IMG/VR virus record: IMGVR_UViG_3300046318_000439
Coordinates: 64,001-128,000 of that record
Direction: 5' to 3' (one strand)
Origin: a virus
Taxonomy: Duplodnaviria; Caudoviricetes
DNA length: 64,000 nt
The position numbers and the translations under genes are program-made. The number at the start of each line of letters is the position of its first letter. Within the stretch, counting starts at the first letter, position 1. A model generated the notes under the pieces. The model did no database searches. It saw nothing but the letters and a program-made list of their open reading frames with translations, and was not told the DNA's origin. Of the stretch, positions 25,916-34,861 are shown one piece after another.

Positions 25916-26033
25916 TTAACAGTATCCCGGAAAATGGTCAAGAGGTCAACGGATATGCTTACATCTCAGTCAAGTATTATTCAGCTGTTGACATTTTTTT
26001 CATAAACACGGATACTGTATAGAGTGACGTATT

Positions 26034-26231
26034 GTGCGTCTAATATTACATTATATGATTATATCGAGAAAACAAGCAATATTAGAATTAATAGAATATG
26101 ACATTAATGATATTAAATCTCTCAAGAAAAAGGAGATGTTATCATTAATCTCTGACCTATTATCAGACAGGTATTATGAATATACTAATGAAACCCTGTC
26201 CGATGAATATGTGGAGAAGATTATAGGATAA
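26034..26231 (+). CDS. Hypothetical protein
   Basis: ORF downstream of TTGACA-N17-GATACT promoter at 25988-26016. Confidence 0.5.
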   Translation: MRLILHYMIISRKQAILELIEYDINDIKSLKKKEMLSLISDLLSDRYYEYTNETLSDEYVEKIIG

Positions 26232-26547
26232 TCTATATTAACTATTATAATGTATAATAGACGGGATTATATTCTCTATTACCTAGTATAATGTCTAATA
26301 TGATTATACAGGATATACTGTGTATTATCGTGAAATAATCTCCTGGATTATCAAGGGGTTATATTATCTATTATCTCGTTGAATATACAGGGATTTTATA
26401 CGGTAGATTACAGCTGAATATAGCGGTTATACACTGAACGAGGCTGTACTTACGCTGGATCTGGAGAAGGTAAAAGGTCACCGAATCTAGCAGCGATTAA
26501 AGTTGAATTAGGCCTATAGTACCCCACCTTTTTCCGGTATTCCCTGA

Positions 26548-26721
26548 GTATTAGTTTAAGTTCATGCAGTGTATTCTACGACCATATTCTACCTGTTTTA
26601 TCCTTATCCTATTCCGATTGGTATTAGTTTAAGACGGGAGATTGATTTCTTACTATACGGCTTTTATTGTATACTACTGATTACTATATTGAAGGTATTA
26701 GTTTAAGACGGGGTATTGATA
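26548..26721. repeat. Three copies of GTATTAGTTTAAG with 73/74-bp period in non-coding DNA
   Basis: Copies at 26548, 26621, 26695; copies 2 and 3 share 19 nt GGTATTAGTTTAAGACGGG. Confidence 0.8.
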
Positions 26722-26734
26722 TTTGATTAGTCGT

Positions 26735-27103
26735 CTAAAAGCGGACTGTATATTGTATCCTATTAGGGGATACTATTAGATAGTCTGTTATCTTTGCTGC
26801 TAGTAGTGATGAAGCGCATGTTACTATAAAGTCTTGCATTGAGCTATCACGATTCGCATACTTGCTATCCATATACTCTTTTGCTAGGCCTACACCGCAT
26901 CCTGCTAGACTACCTATTACTGGATCTTTTGTTAATAATGTGATTGAGCTTCCTATTGCTGCTCCCATGATAGCATGCTGACCTTTATCTTTACCATGCC
27001 AACTATCATTTGACCTTAATAATTCTCCGTATGATAATGATGGGACTAGCAATAAGGTTAGTAGCCACTTACTCATTATACTGATAATTTCTTTTCTTAT
27101 CAA
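26735..27103 (-). CDS. YfiM/DUF2279-like protein
   Basis: DSWHGKDKGQHAIMG...AKEYMD...S..DF motif after signal-like N-terminus. Confidence 0.65.
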   Translation of the reverse strand: MIRKEIISIMSKWLLTLLLVPSLSYGELLRSNDSWHGKDKGQHAIMGAAIGSSITLLTKDPVIGSLAGCGVGLAKEYMDSKYANRDSSMQDFIVTCASSLLAAKITDYLIVSPNRIQYTVRF

Positions 27104-27290
27104 ACTCTATTGCCTCTTCCAATGTTCCTAGCTTATCTTGATTGTGTGCCTCTATTAGTTGATTAACCCATTCCTTCAGTTCGTTATGCCTTTTCATAAA
27201 CTGTTGTTTATTTCCATAATACCATCCATTAGACTCAACATCATTCAAATATGACAGCAATTGCTGATAATGGGTTTCTCTTAGCTTCAT
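27069..27290 (-). CDS. Hypothetical protein
   Basis: Coupled ORF. Confidence 0.6.
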   Translation of the reverse strand: MKLRETHYQQLLSYLNDVESNGWYYGNKQQFMKRHNELKEWVNQLIEAHNQDKLGTLEEAIEFDKKRNYQYNE

Positions 27291-27478
27291 CTGATCTTAT
27301 AATCGATTTTATTGCATGATGGGCACTGAACAGTCATCTTTGGTGGCATACTGGTTAACATGACGTTTGGCATAGGATAATACATCTCTACCCTACAATC
27401 ATCACATAGAACGCCAGCCTTGTTCTCTTGCTGGATAACCTGATGGCTTTGCCTATTATGTTCACTGATAGTTTTCAT
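27287..27478 (-). CDS. Small zinc-ribbon protein
   Basis: CDDC...CPSC. Confidence 0.65.
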   Translation of the reverse strand: MKTISEHNRQSHQVIQQENKAGVLCDDCRVEMYYPMPNVMLTSMPPKMTVQCPSCNKIDYKIR

Positions 27479-27765
27479 TTGTGACCTATTCTTCGTAGTG
27501 TGTTTAATTCATTCCAACGATTGGTCGTCTTATGAATAGCAACACGGAAATCCATATACTCGTCAGTAGAACCACAAAACTCTACCTTCCACGTTTGATA
27601 CTTTGTCTTCACAATCGTTCCATAAACAACATCGTCCATGTGAATAACAGTAACGTTATCGTCAGAATAGGGAGATGTCTGCCTTTCCGTGAACTCTAAC
27701 TTTGGTACCTGGATAGGCTCTTTCTTCTTAAATGGCCACATCACTTCACCTCTAACTTGAAACAA
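27475..27765 (-). CDS. Hypothetical protein
   Basis: Coupled ORF. Confidence 0.6.
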   Translation of the reverse strand: MFQVRGEVMWPFKKKEPIQVPKLEFTERQTSPYSDDNVTVIHMDDVVYGTIVKTKYQTWKVEFCGSTDEYMDFRVAIHKTTNRWNELNTLRRIGHK

Positions 27766-28193
27766 GTCTTTTCCTTGAACTTACGATATGCCAATGATAT
27801 GAATGATGGTCTCACTTCTGGAACAATGCCACCTTCTTGATAGAACATCGCCCAATACCGTTTTTTCTCGTACCGAGCATACAGTATAATGACATAACTT
27901 ATAATACCTGCCCCACCTAATACACCAAACGTGATCCAAACAATAGCGGCCATTGGATCAATAGCGTAGTCCAGGAATAACCAACCAATGAGATTACCAA
28001 TACTGAATAATACCCAAGATACAAATAGGATTGTGACAAATGTACAAAACATCGCCTTAATGATACCAAACGCCACCAATCGTATATACTGACATATATC
28101 AATCGTCTCACCTGGCTTTAGCTTACAATAACTATCCATACCGATATTAGCAAGCCACATATGCCAACTGTCATGTTTAATCTCTTGTTTCAT
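27741..28193 (-). CDS. Hypothetical membrane protein
   Basis: Two TM segments; coupled ORF. Confidence 0.65.
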   Translation of the reverse strand: MKQEIKHDSWHMWLANIGMDSYCKLKPGETIDICQYIRLVAFGIIKAMFCTFVTILFVSWVLFSIGNLIGWLFLDYAIDPMAAIVWITFGVLGGAGIISYVIILYARYEKKRYWAMFYQEGGIVPEVRPSFISLAYRKFKEKTCFKLEVK

Positions 28194-28609
28194 TTCTCAC
28201 TCGCTTTCTTTAGTATTGCTCTAGCCAACCGTCTATGTGCTACATAAATGCCAGGATTTCTAGGCACTCCATATGTTTCATCAACAACTCGGTCTATTTC
28301 CTCATCACTTAACTCTCTTGGTGCGGTGTAGAGTGGAATAGTAAAGTTCTTAGCAATATCTTTATCCATATCAGAAAAATCTTCAACATGGTAAATTGTT
28401 TTGCTTTTGCTCATAAATGCAACAGGCTTTGGATTGTTTTTTAATAGAAGTTCTTGAACTGCATTTAATACTGCTTTTGCAGTTTCATCTACTGACATAT
28501 TAGGATTTACTTCAATCTTTCTATCGGCAGTAATTCTCATAGCCCATTCAGTATCGTAATTATTGAATGTAATAGTATTTGGTGGTGTATCTATTTTTTC
28601 TAATTTCAT
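28190..28609 (-). CDS. Hypothetical protein with ELSDEEI...AILKKASEK tail
   Basis: ORF track; shared C-terminal module. Confidence 0.7.
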   Translation of the reverse strand: MKLEKIDTPPNTITFNNYDTEWAMRITADRKIEVNPNMSVDETAKAVLNAVQELLLKNNPKPVAFMSKSKTIYHVEDFSDMDKDIAKNFTIPLYTAPRELSDEEIDRVVDETYGVPRNPGIYVAHRRLARAILKKASEK

Positions 28610-28788
28610 TTCTCACTCGCTTTCTTTATTTCATCAGCAGTAAATTGACCTAGTGCATATATGCCATAAACTCCAATAGTATTTAAAAAGGCAGACAACA
28701 ATCCTTCATGGTATTTACTAATAAAAGCCATTGTTAATATGACTAAAGTGAAAACTCTCCATTTATAAGACCAAATCTTTTTAATCAT
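28606..28788 (-). CDS. Small membrane protein ending KKASEK
   Basis: ORF track. Confidence 0.65.
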   Translation of the reverse strand: MIKKIWSYKWRVFTLVILTMAFISKYHEGLLSAFLNTIGVYGIYALGQFTADEIKKASEK

Positions 28789-28791
28789 TTC

Positions 28792-28974
28792 TCACTCGCT
28801 TTCTTTAACCCAAACCCACCCAAGTAATTCTTCGGTGTTTTTAATTTGTTCAGGAGTAAATTGTTTATACATAGCAAAACTTATATAACTATATCCATCA
28901 CCTATTTTCCAATGACCTACTGGTTTAGGCGGTGTTGCCATGCTGATTATTTGTGGACTATCTAAATTTATCAT
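28792..28974 (-). CDS. Hypothetical protein
   Basis: ORF track; reads the repeat in another frame (KESE*). Confidence 0.6.
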   Translation of the reverse strand: MINLDSPQIISMATPPKPVGHWKIGDGYSYISFAMYKQFTPEQIKNTEELLGWVWVKESE

Positions 28975-28990
28975 TTCTCACTCGCTTTCT

Positions 28991-29119
28991 TTAGCTTTTG
29001 CCAACAAAATAACCAATCGTATAAAACACAATAGCTACTACCATTGGGTGTTTTAAAACACGAATAACCCATCTTCGCCAATCACCACTAAGAAACCAGT
29101 CAAGAATTTCAATAATCAT
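28991..29119 (-). CDS. Small membrane protein (42 aa)
   Basis: MIIEILDWFLSGDWRRWVIRVLKHPMVVAIVFYTIGYFVGKS*. Confidence 0.55.
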   Translation of the reverse strand: MIIEILDWFLSGDWRRWVIRVLKHPMVVAIVFYTIGYFVGKS

Positions 29120-29403
29120 TTCCCACTCGCTTTCTTTATTAGTTCTTTAGCAAAAGCAACTTCATCTAATTTGCTATTTCCGTATATATCCATATTAGAA
29201 CAGTGCATAGCAATATAAGCTATTTCCTCATCACTTAACTCTCTTGGTGTGTATTGTGCAGGTCTAGCGTCATACTCACCATAATGTTTATCGCATAAGC
29301 ATCCATAAAATACAGCAGGTTCGCATTCCCTAGTTTCACCATCCCATTCGCTTGGGAAACCGCCATATTCTGATTCACAGCCACAGGTCAGTATATAAGT
29401 CAT
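29116..29403 (-). CDS. Cys-rich hypothetical protein with ELSDEEI...KKASGK tail
   Basis: ORF track. Confidence 0.65.
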   Translation of the reverse strand: MTYILTCGCESEYGGFPSEWDGETRECEPAVFYGCLCDKHYGEYDARPAQYTPRELSDEEIAYIAMHCSNMDIYGNSKLDEVAFAKELIKKASGK

Positions 29404-29627
29404 TTCTCACTTGCCTTCTTTAGGATTGCTCTAACCTGCTTTAAACAAACCTGAGCTTTATATCCATCCCATTCACTTTTAGGAATAAACAATTCCTCTA
29501 GTATCTCATCATCGCTCAACTCTCTATACTTAACGACTTCAACGACTTCGGAATCTTCTCCAGCAACTCTACTACTTGAGGCACATGCGCAACCTCGCTC
29601 GTAACAATCAATGTCCATGTATTTCAT
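29400..29627 (-). CDS. Hypothetical protein with ELSDDEI...AILKKASEK tail
   Basis: ORF track. Confidence 0.65.
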   Translation of the reverse strand: MKYMDIDCYERGCACASSSRVAGEDSEVVEVVKYRELSDDEILEELFIPKSEWDGYKAQVCLKQVRAILKKASEK

Positions 29628-30208
29628 TTCTCACTTGCTCTCTTTAGGATTGATATACCCAACTCAACTGGGAAGTTTCTCCATTTGCCGTCTGCAGTCT
29701 TGCTATCGGTCATCCAAAAGTCGTGCTCGAGAGTTGAGAATATTTCTTCATATTCTTCTTCACTCAGTTCTTTTAATGCTGTATACAATGGAATAGCGTC
29801 TGGATAGGCTGGTGGTTTTTCTTTTGAAAAGTTATAAACACCCTCCCATACTTCATTCTCTCGCATCCATGCAACTGGTTCTTGTGATTCTACCGTTGTC
29901 CTTACTACATCCTCATAACCATCAAACTCTTCTACGGGTGCATGAATTAATCTAAACGATTTAATAGTATCTACTAATGCTTCCTCTTCTTTAGTAAGAT
30001 ATCGTCCTCGCACTTCCTTTAATGCTTGCTCTAGAGTTACTTCCAAACGACTCTTCGCTGGCCTAATGCGAAACTCCATTGCTGTATTGCCCCAATATGG
30101 GCAAGGATGCTCATGCCAAACGTCTTCCTCTTTATACTTGTATTGAATCTCAGCACCATCTGCCCATGCTTTGATCAGTTCAGCGTGTTTATGTGGTTTC
30201 ATGTTCAT
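29624..30208 (-). CDS. Hypothetical protein with ELSEEEY...ILKRASEK tail
   Basis: KPHKHAELIKAWADGAEIQ N-terminus. Confidence 0.7.
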   Translation of the reverse strand: MNMKPHKHAELIKAWADGAEIQYKYKEEDVWHEHPCPYWGNTAMEFRIRPAKSRLEVTLEQALKEVRGRYLTKEEEALVDTIKSFRLIHAPVEEFDGYEDVVRTTVESQEPVAWMRENEVWEGVYNFSKEKPPAYPDAIPLYTALKELSEEEYEEIFSTLEHDFWMTDSKTADGKWRNFPVELGISILKRASEK

Positions 30209-30630
30209 TCCAAAAAGTCCTCATCAGCCTGTTCACCATTCTCTTTGCCTTCTTCCCACAAAGTATCAATCACATATTGTGGCACATTGTAACCATTGGC
30301 CTTTAACACAGCCAACTCATTACCCATACTGGTTGCAGTCTCTACATTGAACGACTTGCCATCCCACTCTAAACCAATTGGCTCACGAATTGCACCATCT
30401 TTTAACCAATCCATGTAGGCACGATGCTTCACCATGAAATCAGCAAGAGCTTCTTCTGTTATATTATCCTCACTATCTCTAGGATAGTCAACAAGATTGG
30501 GACAATGTGGGGCCTCATGTCTGTTTACAATTCTACGAGAGGCAACATGACAAGTGAATCCGCCGCTTACATCTTCATAAACGTAAACATCACAACCATA
30601 GGCATCACTTGACCATCTACAATAACTCAT
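30205..30630 (-). CDS. Hypothetical phage protein
   Basis: MSYCRWSSD...CDVYVYE motif. Confidence 0.7.
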   Translation of the reverse strand: MSYCRWSSDAYGCDVYVYEDVSGGFTCHVASRRIVNRHEAPHCPNLVDYPRDSEDNITEEALADFMVKHRAYMDWLKDGAIREPIGLEWDGKSFNVETATSMGNELAVLKANGYNVPQYVIDTLWEEGKENGEQADEDFLE

Positions 30631-30704
30631 TTTTAATTTGCTTCCTTCAGCGACTCTTTTGCTCTATCCCACACACAATGATAAATTCATGACTAGTCAT
30701 TATT

Positions 30705-31028
30705 CTACGCAACTATTGGCATTGCTAGTTTAATTGTAGATTGTTCTTCATCATTCTTAGCAATTCGTGTTTCGATGGCTTTTCTAGCACAATTCTCTGA
30801 AATGTACTCACCCATCGTGTCTCCATTCACTTCTGCATAGTATACATCACTGAAACTGATCCGTGAATACTTGCCAACGATACGGCCAGTTGCCTTATCA
30901 CAATAATATGATTGGATACTCTTTTCATGCCACTGATATTTGTTCTCATTCACTTTCGCGATTGCTTTCTTAACCTGAGATCTTGTAATGTGATCGCCTT
31001 CTCGTGGTGATCTTTTAATTTTATTCAT
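30705..31028 (-). CDS. Hypothetical protein
   Basis: ORF track. Confidence 0.6.
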   Translation of the reverse strand: MNKIKRSPREGDHITRSQVKKAIAKVNENKYQWHEKSIQSYYCDKATGRIVGKYSRISFSDVYYAEVNGDTMGEYISENCARKAIETRIAKNDEEQSTIKLAMPIVA

Positions 31029-31279
31029 TCTGCGTTTTCCTTTCTTTTTCTCCAGGAATGTAGATCTTCTTCAGTACCAGACTCGTTCCACTCGTTCCAT
31101 ACACGATTCACTTCTTCCATGGGCGTTTCTCTTACTGGGTTTAACTCCAACCACTTCTTACACCATCTAATATGATCATCCCGCTGAACTTTAATCTTAT
31201 CATGCGAAAGCTCAATCCACTCGTTAGCAATCATCTCGATCATCTGACGTGCTGTTAATTGTTCAATGTAATCATTCAT
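31025..31279 (-). CDS. Hypothetical protein
   Basis: Coupled ORF. Confidence 0.6.
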   Translation of the reverse strand: MNDYIEQLTARQMIEMIANEWIELSHDKIKVQRDDHIRWCKKWLELNPVRETPMEEVNRVWNEWNESGTEEDLHSWRKRKENAE

Positions 31280-31899
31280 CCCTCATTCTCCTTAACCCAG
31301 AATCCTAACCTATCGGCTGATGGACTAGGATACCAATCCCAACCCACTGGCGGCTCTAAATCATCACCTTTCCAACGAGGTATGATTTCGTTAGACGTAT
31401 GATTGCTGAAATCATCATTATAACGACAATGCACCTCTATAGCCTTGCCTCCAATATACTCCACATTCACCCATGGGTGCACGAGAGCGAAGCTCTCCAA
31501 CCAAGATGGTATAGGGTAGATCTTTGGTGCTGGCAACTTAACCCATCTACTGAATCGATCTAATCTGTTAGGATTGTCTCTGAACCCTTGTACAGCCAGT
31601 ACTGGGGTACCCCAAAGATAATCTACACTGATATGATCACCGGTTAATACTTGAGACCAAAAGTAACCATCCGGCACATTACTATCATCCCCTGGTTCAA
31701 TCCACACAACATCAGCACCACGACTCATCATACGTATGTTAGTGATAGGCCTTACAATGTACCAATCGGCTTTGGGTACTGATATGCCTGCAGGGCCGGC
31801 CAAGATACCTTCGTATCCAGCAACTACCAGCTTATCGTATATCCATTTCCATTCAAGCGGTACTGATTCCCAAACATCACAATCGTTGATGTACTCCAT
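31276..31899 (-). CDS. Conserved phage protein, ATP-grasp-like
   Basis: WIYDKL, GPAG..VP....YIVRP..N..MMSRGA, GDHISVDY, NVEYIGGKAIEVHCR. Confidence 0.6.
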   Translation of the reverse strand: MEYINDCDVWESVPLEWKWIYDKLVVAGYEGILAGPAGISVPKADWYIVRPITNIRMMSRGADVVWIEPGDDSNVPDGYFWSQVLTGDHISVDYLWGTPVLAVQGFRDNPNRLDRFSRWVKLPAPKIYPIPSWLESFALVHPWVNVEYIGGKAIEVHCRYNDDFSNHTSNEIIPRWKGDDLEPPVGWDWYPSPSADRLGFWVKENEG

Positions 31900-32084
31900 C
31901 AGTTGCTGGCATTCTCATTCGTATTCATTGCAATGTAATGCTCGGCAATAGTAATCATGGCTTGCGCATGCTCAATACTAGTAGGCAACACAACACGCTC
32001 ACCTCGGAAGATCTCTTCCATCATGGCTACTCGTTCTTCTAATTCCTTCACCTGACCTGGGTATGCTTCAACTGCATTATTCAT
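31899..32084 (-). CDS. Hypothetical protein
   Basis: Coupled ORF. Confidence 0.6.
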   Translation of the reverse strand: MNNAVEAYPGQVKELEERVAMMEEIFRGERVVLPTSIEHAQAMITIAEHYIAMNTNENASN

Positions 32085-32094
32085 TTAATCTCCA

Positions 32095-32904
32095 TTATCT
32101 CTTTGCCATAACAACATTACACTGCCTAACAGCAGTCACAACTAATCTATCCATTGACTCTATCATACTATCTTCTAACAATAAGTCAACATCTCGCTGT
32201 ACTTTAGTAGAGCCATCAATAACTATTTGATTATTAATGAACTTTGTCATGTCGTGACTGAACGCAACGCATTTATTCAATACAATATTGTTATCTTGAT
32301 CGAATACTTCTACCTTCACCGCAACATCAGAGAATGTGTTATTCAACATCGCGTAACGCTTATAGTCAGCAGTCCATACATCATAGGTCTTTGGAATCCA
32401 GCCACCAACACGAACAGCTAACCTATACCCATGCTTACGTTCGTGATAAAGAACACCTTCATTAGTCTTCACCAATGCTTCACCCAACGCTTGCAAGTAC
32501 TCAGGATTCCATTTAATCACAACAGGTATAGTCATAACAACAGCACGACTGCTATCAATGGTAATGTTGTTTGTCTGTATAGTGAACGCTCTTAAAGGAT
32601 AGTCATTCAATACAGCCTTGAGAACTTTATCACCATTAACTGTTTGATTATTAACGGAATCTAGTCTAGCCTTGATGTTCTTGCCATCAATCCTACTCTT
32701 ATCCGTAGAATGATTGACTAGGCGCTGAGCAATCTTAGACTGCTTCACCCATACATCAATCACAAGAACAACATCACTACCAATCGTCTCTTTAGACTTC
32801 ACTTCATACTTAGAAACATAACCACTGCTATACTGAATGATTTCATTTCTAACTACTTGATTATCAACGACTTCTCGTTCGGAAAGAATTATCTGACCAA
32901 CCAC
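32095..32904 (-). pseudogene. Hypothetical protein, apparently 5'-truncated at a mosaic junction
   Basis: Begins abruptly at GTG (VGQIILSERE) inside another reading frame, with no own RBS or leader. Confidence 0.55.
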
Positions 32905-33301
32905 CCCACTCTAATCTAGGATCTTGTTTAACAAGTTGTTTCCATCTGTCATCGGGAACATCAAGGGATGTAGCATGTTGCAGATTATTTTTTACAATTC
33001 TGTGCCACCGTTTTTTTCCTGATGTATTTCCAATACTAGGAAAATTGCCCATATACCCAGTATCGATATAATAGAAATCTCTATTAATTTTTTGACATTC
33101 GACTATTTCACTTTTACTGGTGACTCCTCGCACAACCATAGGCTTGGAAATTTCATGCATATTTGTTGTGCAAATATTATTTGAACCTTGCACCAATGAA
33201 TCTTCTAAACCGATTTCTTTCATAACTGTAATAATTCTTTTGCCTTGCCGTTTTTTAATTCCGAATTGTGGAACTGACCATATGCTAAGTGGCAACCCCA
33301 T
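32864..33301 (-). pseudogene. N-terminal half of a glycosyltransferase-like protein, 3'-truncated
   Basis: PMVVRGV, DFYYIDTGYMGN, WHRIVKNNLQH; breaks after EWGGW. Confidence 0.55.
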
Positions 33302-33660
33302 GCATATAATTTATCTTGATCTGCGTAGTAAGGGGTTTCTATTTGACTCAAATCTTGTCGCGCTACCGGACTTGCTGCATTTGTTGGAGCAGTAGTAAAT
33401 GCTGGAATACCGTGAAATATTGATTCAATTGCTGCAACGCTGTTAAATGTTACTAAAGCAAATACATCATTATCTAGTGCTTGTTGTAATGTATCATTGA
33501 CTATTCGGTCAATTCTTTTTGATGCTCGTTCTCGAATTTCTATTGGGCGATCTGAATATTGTTTAATAGTATTAATAGTTTGATTAATCCAATCATCTTT
33601 AGTAATGCCATAAAATCTGCAAGGTTTATCATCAGGAGCGGCCATTAAAATTTTACCCAT
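33220..33660 (-). pseudogene. C-terminal half of a paralogous glycosyltransferase-like protein
   Basis: KILMAAPDDKPCRFYG, ALVTFNSVAAIESIFHGIPAF, LAYGQF; complements the type of fragment downstream. Confidence 0.55.
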
Positions 33661-34129
33661 TTTGTTCTCCTTTGAAGAATTCTTCTATTGGTAGATTGTA
33701 TTTAATACTATCCACCTTGTGTACCCCTATCAAATAGAGTACATAACTTGCTACGCTTGATCCGCGACCTACACCCCAAACTACATTATTTTCTCTAAGA
33801 GTATCAACAATATATTTCATAGCATGTAATACTTCATACATATTGTTTTTGATAAACAATTCAAGTTCTAAACTTACGCGATCGGTTTGCTCTTGAGTTG
33901 TGCATTGTCCGTATAAAAACTCTACAAGATTCGGACAATAGTCTTTAGGAATAAACCAATGTGTTGAATCTATTGCTTTTGGAGGAATTGGATAATTTAA
34001 TCGTTCTTGATTGATACGATTGACATATTGAGTTAACTCATCTGAGGTTTCACATTGTTCCAAAATATCTGGACCATGTTTAAGCACCCCTTCTATAAGT
34101 TGTTGTTCAGTATTGTTTTTAGTCCACAT
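33653..34129 (-). CDS. Short DnaE (Pol III alpha)-like protein
   Basis: RVSLELE, VVWGVGRGSSVASYVLYLIGVHKVDSIKYNL resembles the DnaE GRGS palm motif. Confidence 0.75.
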   Translation of the reverse strand: MWTKNNTEQQLIEGVLKHGPDILEQCETSDELTQYVNRINQERLNYPIPPKAIDSTHWFIPKDYCPNLVEFLYGQCTTQEQTDRVSLELELFIKNNMYEVLHAMKYIVDTLRENNVVWGVGRGSSVASYVLYLIGVHKVDSIKYNLPIEEFFKGEQNG

Positions 34130-34349
34130 TAATCAATTGATCCAAGTCACCGTCATTCTGTTGAGATTTACGAGCATATCGTTTACTTAACTCTTCTCTA
34201 TATATTGTAATGAAAGTTGACAGTTGTGTCAAGAGATCTTTGCTGCCCAATCGAGCAGCAGCATAGTATTTTTTGTTCAATTCAATCAGTTTCTGTTCAA
34301 CTTCGTTATCTTTAAGAACAGATAAATCAGTTTCAAGAGGATGAAACAT
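34119..34349 (-). CDS. Hypothetical protein
   Basis: Coupled ORF MFHPLETDLS. Confidence 0.65.
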   Translation of the reverse strand: MFHPLETDLSVLKDNEVEQKLIELNKKYYAAARLGSKDLLTQLSTFITIYREELSKRYARKSQQNDGDLDQLINVD

Positions 34350-34470
34350 TAACTAAATTCACCTACATAATTTAAAAATATGTTGGTTGAATTGTGTTGC
34401 CACACTTCAACAATAACAGGATTAGTTGGAGATGTTACAACAATTGTCGGATTTTCTGAAGAACCGCCCC
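34349..34470 (-). pseudogene. Orphan C-terminal gene fragment
   Basis: GGSSENPTIVVTSPTNPVIVEVWQHNSTNIFLNYVGEFS* without a start. Confidence 0.45.
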
Positions 34471-34677
34471 ACGCCAGACTTCAGCATATCCAAATGCTTC
34501 AATCTTTTCTACTTCACCACCGAACGTGTAAGTAACACGAACACCTTCTCTCTTAAAGTCAGTAGAGAGGCGTTGCTCTTTAACAGGAGTGATGTCTCCA
34601 GGATGTATTCCTACTTGCTTTGTTGAAGAACAACCAACAAGAGCTAGTACACATAATGAAACAATAGTCTTCTTCAT
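34435..34677 (-). pseudogene. Lipoprotein, probably 3'-truncated at junction
   Basis: Lipobox LVGC; short ORF ending across the foreign fragment. Confidence 0.5.
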
Positions 34678-34802
34678 TTAGACATCTCCACAGATTGCGT
34701 TTTAATCTTCTCAACGCCATGATCAAGAATTCTAGCAACACCACTAAACCCTACTGTAGCAATCACTAGACCAAAAATGGTACCTAATACAAAGTTTCTC
34801 AT
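34674..34802 (-). CDS. Small membrane protein (42 aa)
   Basis: MRNFVLGTIFGLVIATVGFSGVARILDHGV...; promoter TTGACA-N17-GATAAT at 34833-34861. Confidence 0.65.
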   Translation of the reverse strand: MRNFVLGTIFGLVIATVGFSGVARILDHGVEKIKTQSVEMSK

Positions 34803-34861
34803 AATATAAACCTTCTCAATTAATACATGATTATTATCCCATTTTGTGAGGAAAATGTCAA

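Larger units (their letters stand above)
20572..25949 (-). promoter_or_regulatory. Array of early promoters TTGAC(C/T)-N17-GA(T/C)A(A/C)T
   Basis: -35 boxes at 20595, 20890, 21577, 21789, 22114, 23785, 24228, 25160, 25944, each with exactly 17-bp spacer; most followed by GAA(G)AAAGGG RBS. Confidence 0.9.
28190..29646 (-). repeat. Seven copies of a 23-bp gene-junction repeat (consensus TAAAGAAAGCGAGTGAGAAATGA)
   Basis: Copies at 28190, 28606, 28785, 28971, 29116, 29400, 29624; each ends with the ATG of the next gene. Confidence 0.92.

Noticed and set aside
26548-26721. CRISPR array call
   Set aside because: Only 13-19 nt are conserved, there are three copies, the repeat is not palindromic and no cas genes are present. 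Reported as a repeat only.
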